Part shown: positions 36,721 to 47,032 of the stretch, one piece after another
Layout of the letters: each line of letters begins with the position of its first letter
Numbering within the stretch: position 1 is the stretch's first letter
NCBI GenBank assembly: GCA_023247255.1
Contig: JAHFGV010000010.1
Span: 2,830-66,829 of the forward strand
From: Candidatus Omnitrophota bacterium
GTDB lineage: Bacteria > Omnitrophota > Gorgyraeia > Aquiviventales > Aquiviventaceae
DNA length: 64,000 bases
Reading direction: 5' to 3'
Notes under the pieces: generated by a model
The model's input: the letters and a program-made list of their open reading frames with translations, nothing else
The model's database searches: none
What the model was told of the DNA's origin: nothing
Translations under genes and position numbers: made by a program

Positions 36721-37575
36721 GTGCGGATTCTTATGTTTGAGGTAGAGGCTACCGATTTTTCCCTCCAGGCAAGTCTCACATCCGGTCAGAGTTTTCGATG
36801 GCAGGCGCATGCGGATTTTTGGTGCGGGGTCATTGGAAAGGCTGTGGTGAAAGTGCGTCAGCAAGAAGGGACATTGTCGTGTGAAACGTCGGATCCGGCC
36901 ATGGGCCCTTTAGAGGTGCGTCGTTATTTTGCTTTGGATCTCGATCTGGGTGCGATCCTTGAGTCGATCGACGTGGATATTCAGATTCACCAGGCCATTC
37001 TCAGCCATCGGGGACTGCGGGTGATGCGGCAAGACCCTTGGGAGACGTTGGCATCGTTCATCTGCGCTTCCTTTAACAACATTAAGCGCATTGAAGGGAT
37101 GATCGGACGGTTGTGTCAGTCCTATGGAGAGGCATTATCCTTCAATGGATTTTCAAGTTTTAGCTTTCCCCATCCCGAAAGGCTGGCCGGGATTTCTGAA
37201 CGAAGGTTGCGCGATCTGGGGCTTGGGTATCGCGCTTGCTATCTGAGGCATACCGCAAAACGAGTGGCGGATAGGAAACTGCCACTGGATCAATTGCAAC
37301 GGGTGGATTACGAGACGGTTCGATCGGCGCTGCTCGGTTGCGAGGGGGTAGGCGATAAGGTGGCCGATTGTGTGGCTTTGTTTGGATTTGAGAAGTACGA
37401 AGCTTTTCCGATCGACGTCTGGATGGAGCGGGCGATGCGTTATTATTTTAGGCATCGCAAAATAGGCTCGCGACAGTTGCATGCCTATGCGCGGCGTCAT
37501 TTTGGTTCCTTCGCCGGATATGCCCAGCAGTATCTGTACCATGACGTGAGAATGCGTCGGGGGCGCGATGCTTGA
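36721..37575 (+). CDS. ogg: 8-oxoguanine DNA glycosylase (Ogg family, HhH-GPD)
   Basis: N-terminal SGQSFRWQ motif and HhH-GPD segment GVGDKVADCVALFGFEKYEAFPIDVWMERA. Confidence 0.75.
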   Translation: MRILMFEVEATDFSLQASLTSGQSFRWQAHADFWCGVIGKAVVKVRQQEGTLSCETSDPAMGPLEVRRYFALDLDLGAILESIDVDIQIHQAILSHRGLRVMRQDPWETLASFICASFNNIKRIEGMIGRLCQSYGEALSFNGFSSFSFPHPERLAGISERRLRDLGLGYRACYLRHTAKRVADRKLPLDQLQRVDYETVRSALLGCEGVGDKVADCVALFGFEKYEAFPIDVWMERAMRYYFRHRKIGSRQLHAYARRHFGSFAGYAQQYLYHDVRMRRGRDA

Positions 37576-37639
37576 TACGGCAGAAAACCGGCTGATTAAA
37601 ATTTTTCTTTGTTGTTGCTTGACAGCTAAGAATAGGTAT

Positions 37640-37819
37640 GGTAGGAAATAGAGTAACATGAATATTCCTGTGATGTGGATGCAGTCCTCAGCCGCTGGCG
37701 CGATCTGTGGGGGATCGCGTTATGGGACTGAGGGCTGACGCGTCACCGTTGAGACAACTCAGGGGAATTCCAGAAGGGACTCCGACAGGGCGTCCCTATT
37801 TTTTTATTCGAGGATAACC
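37640..37819 (+). promoter_or_regulatory. ~180-nt leader with an internal 7-bp hairpin (CGCGATC-tgtgggg-GATCGCG) and a terminator-like hairpin (AGGGAC...GTCCCT + TATTTTTTTA) ending ~15 nt before the ATP-grasp operon start
   Basis: Read directly. It could be the ogg terminator or an attenuator/riboswitch expression platform for the downstream operon. No match to a riboswitch class I can recall. Confidence 0.35.
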
Positions 37820-38854
37820 ATGGCACTGCGGGTCGGACTGACGTATAACGTAAAAAGCGAACTCATTCTTAAACCCACTGATCCGCCGGATCTCAACGCG
37901 GAACTGGATCATGAGGATACCGTTAATCATATCGAGCAGGCCTTCCGCGAAGCGGGCTATGAAGTGGCGCGGATGGGTGGGGCACGGCGTCTGTTGGAGC
38001 ACATGGACCGGCCGAACGTGGACATCGTCTTCAACATTGCGGAAGGCTATGAAGGCAGAAATCGAGAATCCCAGGTGCCGATTCTGCTTGAGATGATGAA
38101 GATTCCTTTCGTAGGTGCCGACGGCTTGACCCTGGGGCTTACCTTGGACAAGGTGCTGACGAAAAAAGTGTTGATCGCTGAGGGGATCCCCACCCCACGC
38201 TATGCACAGGTGCAAGATCCCGACGCGCTTTGGCAGGTGGAGCTTGCGTATCCACTCATTGTCAAACTCCGCTGCGAGGGATCCAGCAAAGGTCTCAGCG
38301 AGCAGTCCTTGGTCAACGGTCCCGAAGACCTTCGTCGACAGGTGCGTTGGCTCATAGAGACCTACAAGGGGTCTTCGGTGTTCATAGAAGAGTTCATCGA
38401 AGGGCAGGAGTTTACAGTAGCCGTCATTGGCAATGATCCACCGGAAGCCTATCCTGTATGTCAAATAGCGCTCGATGGAAAGATTGACTTGGGGCGAAAG
38501 TTTTTTACGTGGGCATACCTGCGCTCAGGTGCCGATTACATTTGTCCCGCACGCATTCCCGATTCCCTCGCCAGGCGGATGCAGGAACTGTCCCTGCGCA
38601 CGTATCAGGCGGTGGATTGTCGTGATTTCGGGCGTGTCGATTTCCGCGTGGACAGTCATGCTCAGCCCTATGTCTTGGAGATCAATCCCCTGCCGTCTTT
38701 GTCGATGGAAGACGTGTTTAACATCATCGCGAAGGCTCGCGGTATCACCCACCACCAGATGATCACGAAGATTCTGGATGCAGCCCTGATGCGTCATGGA
38801 CTGAAGACCCAACACGAGGTGAACTCCCCATCAAATCCTACGCGATCGCTTTGA
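37820..38854 (+). CDS. D-alanine--D-alanine ligase-family ATP-grasp enzyme (paralogue 1)
   Basis: Ddl-like N-domain (VGLTYNVK...VDIVFNIAEGYEGRNRESQVPILLEMMKIPFVGADGLTLGLTLDKVLTKKVL) and ATP-grasp core (IVKLRCEGSSKGL, FIEEFIEGQEFTVAVIG, VLEINPLPSLS). Confidence 0.75.
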   Translation: MALRVGLTYNVKSELILKPTDPPDLNAELDHEDTVNHIEQAFREAGYEVARMGGARRLLEHMDRPNVDIVFNIAEGYEGRNRESQVPILLEMMKIPFVGADGLTLGLTLDKVLTKKVLIAEGIPTPRYAQVQDPDALWQVELAYPLIVKLRCEGSSKGLSEQSLVNGPEDLRRQVRWLIETYKGSSVFIEEFIEGQEFTVAVIGNDPPEAYPVCQIALDGKIDLGRKFFTWAYLRSGADYICPARIPDSLARRMQELSLRTYQAVDCRDFGRVDFRVDSHAQPYVLEINPLPSLSMEDVFNIIAKARGITHHQMITKILDAALMRHGLKTQHEVNSPSNPTRSL

Positions 38855-40254
38855 CCTATAATCTGAAGCGTGCCGGCTTTGCACAAGACGGATTGCCCGT
38901 CGACGTGGATTCCGAGTTCGACAGCCCGAAGACTATCGATAGGATCGTCCAAGGTCTCAAGGCAGGCGGGCATACCGTTTATCTTGTCGAGGCCACACAC
39001 GATTTTCCCCGTTGGTTTTTGACCCACCCAGTGGACATGGTTTTCAATATCGCCGAAGGCATCCACGGAGAGCATCGCGAATCGCAGGTGCCGGCAGTTC
39101 TGGAATCACTGGGTGTGCCTTTTACAGGGTCCAACAGCGTCACCCTCGCCCTTGCCTTGGATAAAGCCAAGACGAAACAGATTCTGGCTTCCGAAGGCAT
39201 TCCCACCCCTGCCTGGCAGTTGTTTCATTCCCCGACCGCCGCGTTGAATCCACAGCTTGAGTTTCCGCTGATCGTCAAACCCAATCGTGAAGGCTCGGCC
39301 AAAGGCATCTGGCGAGAGAGCGTTGTCGGGGATGAAGCCTCGCTGCGTTGCCAAATCGCCCACATCTACGATCGCTATCAGCAAGAGGTTTTGGTGGAAG
39401 AATTTATTCAGGGCCTTGAGTTGACCGTAGGGGTTCTGGGCGATACGGCGCTTCCGGTTCTGGAAATCGACTTCAGTCCATGTCGTGCCTCAGGAGAATA
39501 TTTCTATTCCTGGCGCATGAAAGAATTTCAAGGCAACGCCGAATTGGCTTTGAGCCCGGAGTTTTACTGTCCCGCTCGATTGGATCAAAAAACCGCGATT
39601 CGGATTCAGGAACTCACCCTGCGCGCCCACCACGCTTTAAGATGTCAGGATATTTCCAGAACCGATATCCGCCTGCGCTCCGATGGGATCCCCTTCGTTT
39701 TGGAAGTCAACCCTTTACCGGGTCTTGATCCGCTGGATAGCAACTTCCCCGTGATGGCGCGTGCGGCAGGATTCTCCCATGAGCGGCTCATCCAAAGGAT
39801 TGTGGATCTAGCCATATGTCGGTTTCAGAAAACGCGACTCCAGCAATCTGGCTGCATCAACCCCCCGGTTGTTCAATCAACGCCCTTTAAGGTATCCGCT
39901 AATGTCTGTGCAGAGGCTTGCTGTCTGCCGCCGGCAGAGGCATCCAGAGTCTTTCCGGTTTCAATAAGTCGCGCGCCCGCTTACCAACAACCGGTGCCAG
40001 GACTATTCAGTCGCGGCGCTTCACGGGATTCCACTGACCGAGGGGAAATTTCAGCGCCGAACATCCGATCTATAGAATCCGCCCCGCTGTCGATAGATGT
40101 AGAAGTACAGAGAATGAGCTCTGTCGTTCGAGGAGACGACAGGCAGCGGTGCATTCACATGGCCACACCCCAACTGGGGGTGTCGACGGTTTCCACCGAT
40201 TATCCTGAGGCCCAGACAACGTCGGGTGTGGCAAGAAGGGAGGATATATCGTGA
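38851..40254 (+). CDS. D-alanine--D-alanine ligase-family ATP-grasp enzyme (paralogue 2) with ~120-aa low-complexity C-terminal tail
   Basis: Same architecture as paralogue 1 (VDMVFNIAEGIHGEHRESQVPAVLESLGVPFTGS, IVKPNREGSAKGI, VLEVNPLPGLD). 4-bp ATGA overlap with both the upstream and downstream genes. Confidence 0.75.
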   Translation: MTYNLKRAGFAQDGLPVDVDSEFDSPKTIDRIVQGLKAGGHTVYLVEATHDFPRWFLTHPVDMVFNIAEGIHGEHRESQVPAVLESLGVPFTGSNSVTLALALDKAKTKQILASEGIPTPAWQLFHSPTAALNPQLEFPLIVKPNREGSAKGIWRESVVGDEASLRCQIAHIYDRYQQEVLVEEFIQGLELTVGVLGDTALPVLEIDFSPCRASGEYFYSWRMKEFQGNAELALSPEFYCPARLDQKTAIRIQELTLRAHHALRCQDISRTDIRLRSDGIPFVLEVNPLPGLDPLDSNFPVMARAAGFSHERLIQRIVDLAICRFQKTRLQQSGCINPPVVQSTPFKVSANVCAEACCLPPAEASRVFPVSISRAPAYQQPVPGLFSRGASRDSTDRGEISAPNIRSIESAPLSIDVEVQRMSSVVRGDDRQRCIHMATPQLGVSTVSTDYPEAQTTSGVARREDIS

Positions 40255-41429
40255 ACGGGGAAACTTATCGACGGATCCCACTCTGGAAGGACGTTCCCTT
40301 AGAGGAATGGGAGACCTACCGGTGGCAAATGGCCAACCGGGTTCAGACAGTGGATGTGTTGCGTCAGATCATTCAACTCACGCCATCCGAGGAGGCTGCG
40401 GTCACCCGCCGCTCGGGTCGTTTCATCATGGCTATTCCTCCGTACTGGGCAGCCCTGATGGATCCGGAAGATACAATGTGTCCCATTCGTCGACAGGCCG
40501 TTCCTGTAGAGGACGAATATCGCTTGAGCCCCAACGATTTGATTGATCCCTTGGCTGAGGATAGCCACATGCCGGTGCCGGGCTTGGTCCACCGTTATCC
40601 AGACCGCGTGCTGCTTCTGGTGGTTGAGGTGTGCGCGATGTACTGTCGCTTTTGTACGCGCAGTCGGGTAGTCGGCACAAGCGCTGGATTTAGCAAATCG
40701 GCCAACATTGATCAGGCCATTGAGTACATCAAAACCCATCGTAAGATCCGAGACGTGTTGATCTCCGGAGGGGATCCGCTGACGCTTTCTGATGAGCGGT
40801 TGGACGAGATCCTTGGGAAATTGCGGGCGATCCCTCATGTGGAATTTATCCGAATCGGCACGCGCAACCCGGTGACCTTACCCTATCGAATCACCGAGTC
40901 GTTCTGCCAGGTGGTTAAGAAGCACAAGCCGATTTGGATGAGCCTTCACTTCAACCATCCCAAAGAAGTGACCCCTCCCGTCAAAAGGGCGTGCAACCTA
41001 TTGGCGGATAGCGGCATTCCCTTGGGTTCCCAGACGGTTCTTTTGAAGGGAATCAACGACCGTCCTGCGATTATGAAGAAGTTGCTTCATGAGCTGTTGA
41101 AGATTCGCGTGCGCCCCTACTACATTTACCAGTGCGATCCGGTGAAAGGCACTGCGCACTTCCGCACTCCTGTATCGGCGGGAATACAGGTCATCGAGAA
41201 ACTGCGAGGACATACGACCGGTTATGCCGTGCCCACTTTCGTTATCGATGGCCCAGGTGGAGGCGGCAAGATCCCGATGATGCCCAACTATGTAGTCAGT
41301 GTGAAAGACGGCGTGTGGGTATTGCGTAACTATGCAGGCAAGCTATTTTCTTATAAAGAAGAGTCCAACGGCCACGGCGAGCGTCCACGCACGGCGGAGA
41401 TTGAACCGTCTTACGCGCTGAATCATTGA
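40251..41429 (+). CDS. KamA-family radical SAM 2,3-aminomutase (lysine 2,3-aminomutase-like)
   Basis: CxxxCxxC cluster CAMYCRFCTRS, KamA-type N-terminus (WKDVPLEEWETYRWQMANRV), PLP-binding Lys region, 392 aa. Confidence 0.8.
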   Translation: MNGETYRRIPLWKDVPLEEWETYRWQMANRVQTVDVLRQIIQLTPSEEAAVTRRSGRFIMAIPPYWAALMDPEDTMCPIRRQAVPVEDEYRLSPNDLIDPLAEDSHMPVPGLVHRYPDRVLLLVVEVCAMYCRFCTRSRVVGTSAGFSKSANIDQAIEYIKTHRKIRDVLISGGDPLTLSDERLDEILGKLRAIPHVEFIRIGTRNPVTLPYRITESFCQVVKKHKPIWMSLHFNHPKEVTPPVKRACNLLADSGIPLGSQTVLLKGINDRPAIMKKLLHELLKIRVRPYYIYQCDPVKGTAHFRTPVSAGIQVIEKLRGHTTGYAVPTFVIDGPGGGGKIPMMPNYVVSVKDGVWVLRNYAGKLFSYKEESNGHGERPRTAEIEPSYALNH

Positions 41430-41531
41430 GAGCCGTTAAGTAGTTGGGTGGATACTTACCGATGACGCCTCGCTCCCTCAATGCCTGGAGCGAGGCGTTT
41501 GGTTTCCAAAGAAGCAACGACAGGTAGTCGG

Positions 41532-42128
41532 ATGAAATTTACGCAGCTTAGAGGGACGATGTTTCGAGGAACTTTCTTTACCCGTTGGGTGATGGGACTG
41601 TGTCTTTTAAGCCTAAGCGGCTGCGGTCCCTTTAAGCGTGAAGAACTGGTCCAGGAGATTATCAAAGAAGACCCGGGATTTGCTCAGGTGTTGGACAAGC
41701 ATAAGGAACTGTCCAGCCGCATCGCAACCTATGAGCGTGAGTTGGAGTTGAAACGCAGTACGGTGGATCGGAAAATCGCCCAATTGCATCAAGAGCTGGC
41801 TGAGGCGGCGAAGGTAGCGAAGCAGAAAATATCTGAGGTGAAACGGTTGATTAACCCGGACCGAATCCGTCTCGAACAGGCGCTGTCGCTCGCAAGCAAA
41901 GAACTGAGAATCAAACAGACCCAGCGCTCGGAGCAAGGTCGATCCATTGCCAAATTGAGAAAGGTGGTGGAAGATAAAAACACTGCCTGGGATTCTAAAA
42001 CCAAGGCCCAGCAGAAAACCCAGTTGGAGGAGATGATTCAAGACTCCCAACGATTGGACAGGGAGATTACATCCCTCAGAGAACACATCAGGCGGCTCAA
42101 GCTCAAGCTCCTGTTGATCAAAATCTAA
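41532..42128 (+). CDS. Coiled-coil lipoprotein (lipobox LSLSGC)
   Basis: Signal peptide plus lipobox Cys, followed by a Glu/Lys/Leu-rich coiled coil. Start chosen at ATG 41532; the tracked ORF begins at 41481. Confidence 0.5.
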   Translation: MKFTQLRGTMFRGTFFTRWVMGLCLLSLSGCGPFKREELVQEIIKEDPGFAQVLDKHKELSSRIATYERELELKRSTVDRKIAQLHQELAEAAKVAKQKISEVKRLINPDRIRLEQALSLASKELRIKQTQRSEQGRSIAKLRKVVEDKNTAWDSKTKAQQKTQLEEMIQDSQRLDREITSLREHIRRLKLKLLLIKI

Positions 42129-42367
42129 TACAAACGAATTATCCCCGGGCATTGTCGCGTTAGAGCATTCGTTTGTATTAGCTTTCCTCCATCTTTTCTC
42201 AGCCGCACGTCTATTCTTGTGGGGTTCCATCCCCGATCCGACAAAACGGATCGGCAAGAACATCCCATCCACACGATTGAGGAGGCACATCCTGGTCCCA
42301 CGCCAAAGGCCATGGCCCTATAGCGGTGTAGATTTCGAGCGAGTGGTGATGTTACAATGATTCCGTC

Positions 42368-43879
42368 ATGGCTCAGTTTCCTCTTCGACGTATCCTATTG
42401 GGTTCCTTGACCGTCTATCTCCAGCCGAACGATTCCTGTCCGGATCTGGAATCGTGGCTCTCGCTGTTGCCAGAAACGATGCCTGTCGTGTGGCTGGACA
42501 GCGCCCGATTGCATCCGATTACTGGCCGATGGTCGATACTGGCCTACGATCCGTGGCTGCGTTTGACTGCCCATGACGATGCGATTGAGCTGCGGACCCA
42601 CAACGATTGCATCCGTTGGCGGGGCAATCCCCTGGAGGCCTTGCGGCGGGTCCTGCGACGGTATTCGAAGACTTCTACCGACGTACCGGCTCCTCTGCAT
42701 ACAATCGGGCTGCTTGGATATTTCAGTTACGAGCTGAATGGATGGATCGAAGATGGGCTCCGGAGAGGGAGGTTTTCCAAAGACGCCTCCATTCCGGACA
42801 TGATGTGGTGGGCAATGAGACAGATGGTCGTCATCGACCATTGGCAAAAACGCAGTTGGCTTGTGAGTGTGGTGGACCCCAATCTGCCTTTCGCGGCAGC
42901 TCGCCGCCAGGCGCTTGAAGCCATGACTCAGGCGCAGGAATATCTAACGGTGTGTTCTACACAGGGGAGCGAAAGTAAAAATCATCCCGACGCCGTCGTA
43001 GAAAGCCAATCCACACCCGTTGCCATAGAGCCAATGATGACTCAGGCTGAGTTTGAGTCCATGGTGAAACAGGCCCTGGAATTCATACGCGCGGGGGAGA
43101 TTTTCCAAGCCAATGTCTCTCAGCGTTTCAGTGCCTCTTGGTCTGGTAAGGCTGGGGATTTGTATGGTGCGTTGAGGCGGATCAATCCTTCTCCTTTTTG
43201 CTGTTTTCTTTCGTGTGAAGACCTGAAGGTCGTGAGTTGTTCGCCGGAACGTTTAGTCCGTGTCTGCGAGCGAAGGGTTTCCACCCGTCCCATTGCTGGC
43301 ACTCGATCTCGGGGATTGAGTCCGGAAGCAGACGCCATCCAAAGCCTCGAGCTTCTGATCAGCGAGAAAGAACGCGCGGAACACATCATGTTGGTCGATC
43401 TGGCTCGCAACGATTTGGCTCGCGTGTGTGACGTGGGAACGGTGGCCGTCGATGATTTGATGGGCCTTGAGGAATATTCGCATGTGATCCATATCGTGTC
43501 GAACGTCGGAGGCCGTTTGCGTCAGGGCGTGGATGCGGTGGATGTGGTACGGGCCGTCTTTCCGGGAGGGACGATCACAGGCTGCCCCAAGGTTCGCTGT
43601 ATGCAGATCCTCCAAGATTTAGAGCCTGTTCCTCGCGGCCTCTATACAGGTTCCCTCGGTTACTTGGGCTTTACAGGAGCGATGGATCTGAACATTGCCA
43701 TCCGGACGATGGTGATCCCAGGCACCCAGTTATCCTTTCACGTGGGATCCGGTATCGTAGCGGATTCGGATCCTACGCGTGAGTATCAAGAAACCCTGGC
43801 CAAGGCTGGCGCACTCGTAGAGGCATTGCGTCGTGAGGCGAACGCTAGAGAAATCATTACAGATGCCAAAAGTGGTTGA
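42368..43879 (+). CDS. pabB: Aminodeoxychorismate synthase component I / anthranilate synthase component I-like chorismate-binding enzyme
   Basis: Chorismate-binding domain motifs (GAGDLYGALRRINPSPFCCFL, ERAEHIMLVDLARNDL, GSLGYLGFTGAMDLNIAIRT). Confidence 0.75.
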   Translation: MAQFPLRRILLGSLTVYLQPNDSCPDLESWLSLLPETMPVVWLDSARLHPITGRWSILAYDPWLRLTAHDDAIELRTHNDCIRWRGNPLEALRRVLRRYSKTSTDVPAPLHTIGLLGYFSYELNGWIEDGLRRGRFSKDASIPDMMWWAMRQMVVIDHWQKRSWLVSVVDPNLPFAAARRQALEAMTQAQEYLTVCSTQGSESKNHPDAVVESQSTPVAIEPMMTQAEFESMVKQALEFIRAGEIFQANVSQRFSASWSGKAGDLYGALRRINPSPFCCFLSCEDLKVVSCSPERLVRVCERRVSTRPIAGTRSRGLSPEADAIQSLELLISEKERAEHIMLVDLARNDLARVCDVGTVAVDDLMGLEEYSHVIHIVSNVGGRLRQGVDAVDVVRAVFPGGTITGCPKVRCMQILQDLEPVPRGLYTGSLGYLGFTGAMDLNIAIRTMVIPGTQLSFHVGSGIVADSDPTREYQETLAKAGALVEALRREANAREIITDAKSG

Positions 43880-44726
43880 GCCACGATACGGGAATCTGCC
43901 GGATGAGACCGGATCCAATGGCTGTTTTGAAACCATGCGGGTCTATCGAAAAAAAGTGTTCCGGTTGGACGCTCATCTGGATCGGCTCTATGCTTCGGCT
44001 AAATTCCTGGGAACTGCGGTTCCGAAGCGTGAAGATCTGCGAGCCCGATTGCTGAAACGCTTGAAGCAATCGCAGTTGGCCGAGGCTGTGCTGCGGGTGG
44101 CTTTAATTCCGCGATCCGACGGATCTTTGGGTAACCGGAGGCTTTTTTCATCCACGGCTCCACAAGGGTTGATTTCTATCGTGGTCCAACCGGTGATATT
44201 GCCTCCCGCTTCCGTTTATCGTCAGGGCGTGCATGTAGCGGTTGTGCCGACGCGTAAGTTTCCCGTAAGCATCGTCGATCCCCAGGCGAAATATTCGGCA
44301 CGATTAGGCAGTGTGCTGGCGATTATGGATGCCCAGCTTCGCACAGTGGATGAAGCTTTGTTTACGGACGCCACCGGCTATGTAACGGAGAGCACAGCCA
44401 GCAACTTCGGCATCATTCGCAAAGGAGCGATGTTCAGTTCTCCCTGTTGGGTTGGGCTGCTGTCCGGTATCACTCGGGACGTGCTTCGAGAGATCGCACA
44501 GTCTCTGGACGTTCCTTTCCATGAGGTTCCCTTGACACGGCACGATCTGTATGTTGCCGATGAGGCCTTTCTGTCCAGTACCCTCAAGGAAATTCTGCCA
44601 GTCGTTTCTATCGATGGCCGTCGCATTGGGACAGGGTGGCCCGGTCCAATCAGTCGAGCTTTGCACCGTGCCTTTCGTGAGCTTATCCGGTCGGAAACGC
44701 ACCGCGCTCAAGGATGCCGGGGGTAA
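43833..44726 (+). CDS. pabC: Aminodeoxychorismate lyase / class IV aminotransferase-fold protein
   Basis: Class IV fold signature (EAFLSSTLKEILPVVSIDGRRIG). Adjacent to pabB. The start may be internal (overlap with the pabB end). Confidence 0.65.
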   Translation: MRRTLEKSLQMPKVVEPRYGNLPDETGSNGCFETMRVYRKKVFRLDAHLDRLYASAKFLGTAVPKREDLRARLLKRLKQSQLAEAVLRVALIPRSDGSLGNRRLFSSTAPQGLISIVVQPVILPPASVYRQGVHVAVVPTRKFPVSIVDPQAKYSARLGSVLAIMDAQLRTVDEALFTDATGYVTESTASNFGIIRKGAMFSSPCWVGLLSGITRDVLREIAQSLDVPFHEVPLTRHDLYVADEAFLSSTLKEILPVVSIDGRRIGTGWPGPISRALHRAFRELIRSETHRAQGCRG

Positions 44727-46360
44727 TTCGGATGGTAGTCATTAAAAGGGCTTTGTTGAGCTGCTCGGATAAGACTCACTTGGAATCTTTCGCCGGAACC
44801 TTATCCACGTTGGGGATTGAGTTGGTGGCTTCCGGCGGTACTGCGGGTTTTCTGATCCAACGCGGCCTTTCTGTCACCACGGTTGAAGATTTCGCCGGAA
44901 TGGACGAGCAGTTGGACGGACGAGTGAAGACGTTGCACCCTAAAATTTATGCAGGCATCTTGGCCCGACGAGACGATCCGACCCATGTTCAATCGGTGGG
45001 CTCGCAGGGATTGATCGATCTGGTGGTGGTCAACCTCTATCCTTTCTGCGACGTATCTGGGCGAGCCCGCACGTCCCTCGAGGAGGCGATTGAGCAGATT
45101 GATATCGGTGGAGTTGCGCTTTTACGGGCGGCTGCCAAGAACTTCGTCCACGTCGCTGTTGTCTGCCAGGTTCAGCAATATGGGATGGTGGCGGCGGCAC
45201 TCCAAAAGGCCAATGGCCGGCTATCAGACAGCTTGAGCCGACAATTGGCCATCGAGGCCTTTCGACTCACCAGTCAGTATGACCAGGCAATCGCCGAATA
45301 CCTGAGCTTACAGCGAGAGCGTGAATCCAAAGCCGCTGAGCCCCTATCTATTTCTCCGACGCCGGTTGCATGTCCGGATCTGTTTTCGCTGAATTTACGC
45401 AAGCGTCAGACCTTGCGGTATGGAGAGAATCCTCATCAGAAAGGGGCATGGTATCTTTCGGATTCCGATTTTGTCTGGGGCTTGGCGACGCTCACTCAGT
45501 TGCAAGGAAAGGAGCTGTCGTATAATAACCTCCTCGACATCGATGGTACCTTTCGTTGTCTGTTGGAGTTTACCGAGTGCACCTGTGTGATCGTCAAGCA
45601 TCACACACCCTGTGGGGTTGCTTCGGGCGCGTCTTTGAGCCAGGCCTTTCAGAAAGCCTACGATGCGGATGCGGAATCTGCTTTTGGAGGCATCGTGGGG
45701 TTCAACCGACCCGTCGATGGCGCACTGGCTGAGCAGTTGAGCAGCCGTTTTTTTGAGGTGATCGTGGCACCGACCGTCGAGTCAGAGGCCCTGGAGCGGT
45801 TTTTGAAGAAACCAAACTTGCGTGTCGTCACCTTGGAGTGGCCAACGAGTATTCCTTCATCGTGGCAATGGCGCCAGCTTTCTGGAAGCTGGCTCTTGCA
45901 AGATCGGGACAAGACTGAGGAATCCGCAGATTCTTTTCGTGTAGCGACTCAGCGACAGCCGAGTCAACAGGAACGCATGGAGCTTCTGTTCGCCTGGAAG
46001 ATTGCCAAATGCGCGAAGTCCAACAGTGTCGTGATCGCCCGTCATCTCTCGACGCTGGGGATTGGCCAGGGACAACCCAGTCGTGTCGGTGCCGTTCGCG
46101 TGGCCATCGAGCATGCGAAACGGTGCATCGGGGATTCGATCCATCAGGCTGCGAAGAGCGCCGATGAGGGATCTTGTGATCCGGTGGCCGCCTCAGATGG
46201 ATTTTTCCCATTTCCGGATGGGGTAGAGCTGTTAGCGAAAGCAGGGGTGAAGGCGATCATTCAACCGGGCGGCTCTATCCGCGACCAGCAGGTGATCGAG
46301 TCCGCTGACCGTGCCCATATTGCCATGGTGTTTACAGGCACGCGACACTTCCGCCATTAA
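44714..46360 (+). CDS. purH: Bifunctional AICAR transformylase / IMP cyclohydrolase PurH
   Basis: MGS-like N-domain ([11 protein letters not shown]...[11 protein letters not shown]) and AICARFT domain (RYGENPHQ). Confidence 0.85.
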   Translation: MPGVIRMVVIKRALLSCSDKTHLESFAGTLSTLGIELVASGGTAGFLIQRGLSVTTVEDFAGMDEQLDGRVKTLHPKIYAGILARRDDPTHVQSVGSQGLIDLVVVNLYPFCDVSGRARTSLEEAIEQIDIGGVALLRAAAKNFVHVAVVCQVQQYGMVAAALQKANGRLSDSLSRQLAIEAFRLTSQYDQAIAEYLSLQRERESKAAEPLSISPTPVACPDLFSLNLRKRQTLRYGENPHQKGAWYLSDSDFVWGLATLTQLQGKELSYNNLLDIDGTFRCLLEFTECTCVIVKHHTPCGVASGASLSQAFQKAYDADAESAFGGIVGFNRPVDGALAEQLSSRFFEVIVAPTVESEALERFLKKPNLRVVTLEWPTSIPSSWQWRQLSGSWLLQDRDKTEESADSFRVATQRQPSQQERMELLFAWKIAKCAKSNSVVIARHLSTLGIGQGQPSRVGAVRVAIEHAKRCIGDSIHQAAKSADEGSCDPVAASDGFFPFPDGVELLAKAGVKAIIQPGGSIRDQQVIESADRAHIAMVFTGTRHFRH

Positions 46361-47032
46361 CCGGCTAAGTACGGACAGATTTTTGATTCAGATGCTTCAG
46401 ACCCTAGCTGAAGACTTGCAGGTAGCGCTGACAGATGTCTGCTCCTTGAATGGCCGATGAGAACGAGTTATAGAAGCAAAAGGCCACTGACAGGTTTCAG
46501 AAATCTTATCCTGTCCGTTGCGTTTCTGCTTGTGCTTCTTGTCATAGGGCAAGTGGGTGGTGGCTTTTTAATGAGCATCCCCACGTTTCTTCTGAAACTT
46601 GTCCAGACAGCTTGATTCTGCGACATGCAACACCTGGACGGAGGTTAGTTGAAACACTTACCCTGGGTCAGGGAGTTGGCGAGCTTTGCCTGTGATAGCT
46701 TGGCCGTCAATGGCAATACGCACTACTATTTTCCTGCTGCCACATCTGCTGACTGTAGCCAGTGGGCCTATTTTCAGGGATCACGCTACAAGCCAGAGGA
46801 TCTGGCAGACACAATCGGGCTTTCGAAATGAACGGTACGGAGGGTGATATGCGGCGAAGTGTTTTTATCCAAAGTTACGGCTGACCGTATGTGCCGTTGG
46901 CGCGAGATGGCGTTGATGCTGCTGAAGAAGCTGAACAGGTTGGGGCAATAGTAATGTGGCACCGGAACCCATGCAGTACCTAAGCAGGCAAAGATGCGTA
47001 ACTCTGATGAACCTTGTCTCTATCGTGCCTAG

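Noticed and set aside
42131-42185. 13-bp perfect inverted repeat AATACAAACGAAT/ATTCGTTTGTATT after the lipoprotein gene, considered as a mobile-element end
   Set aside because: Single occurrence with no partner or TSD. Most simply a transcription-terminating or stabilising hairpin. Recorded here only as a probable terminator-like structure.
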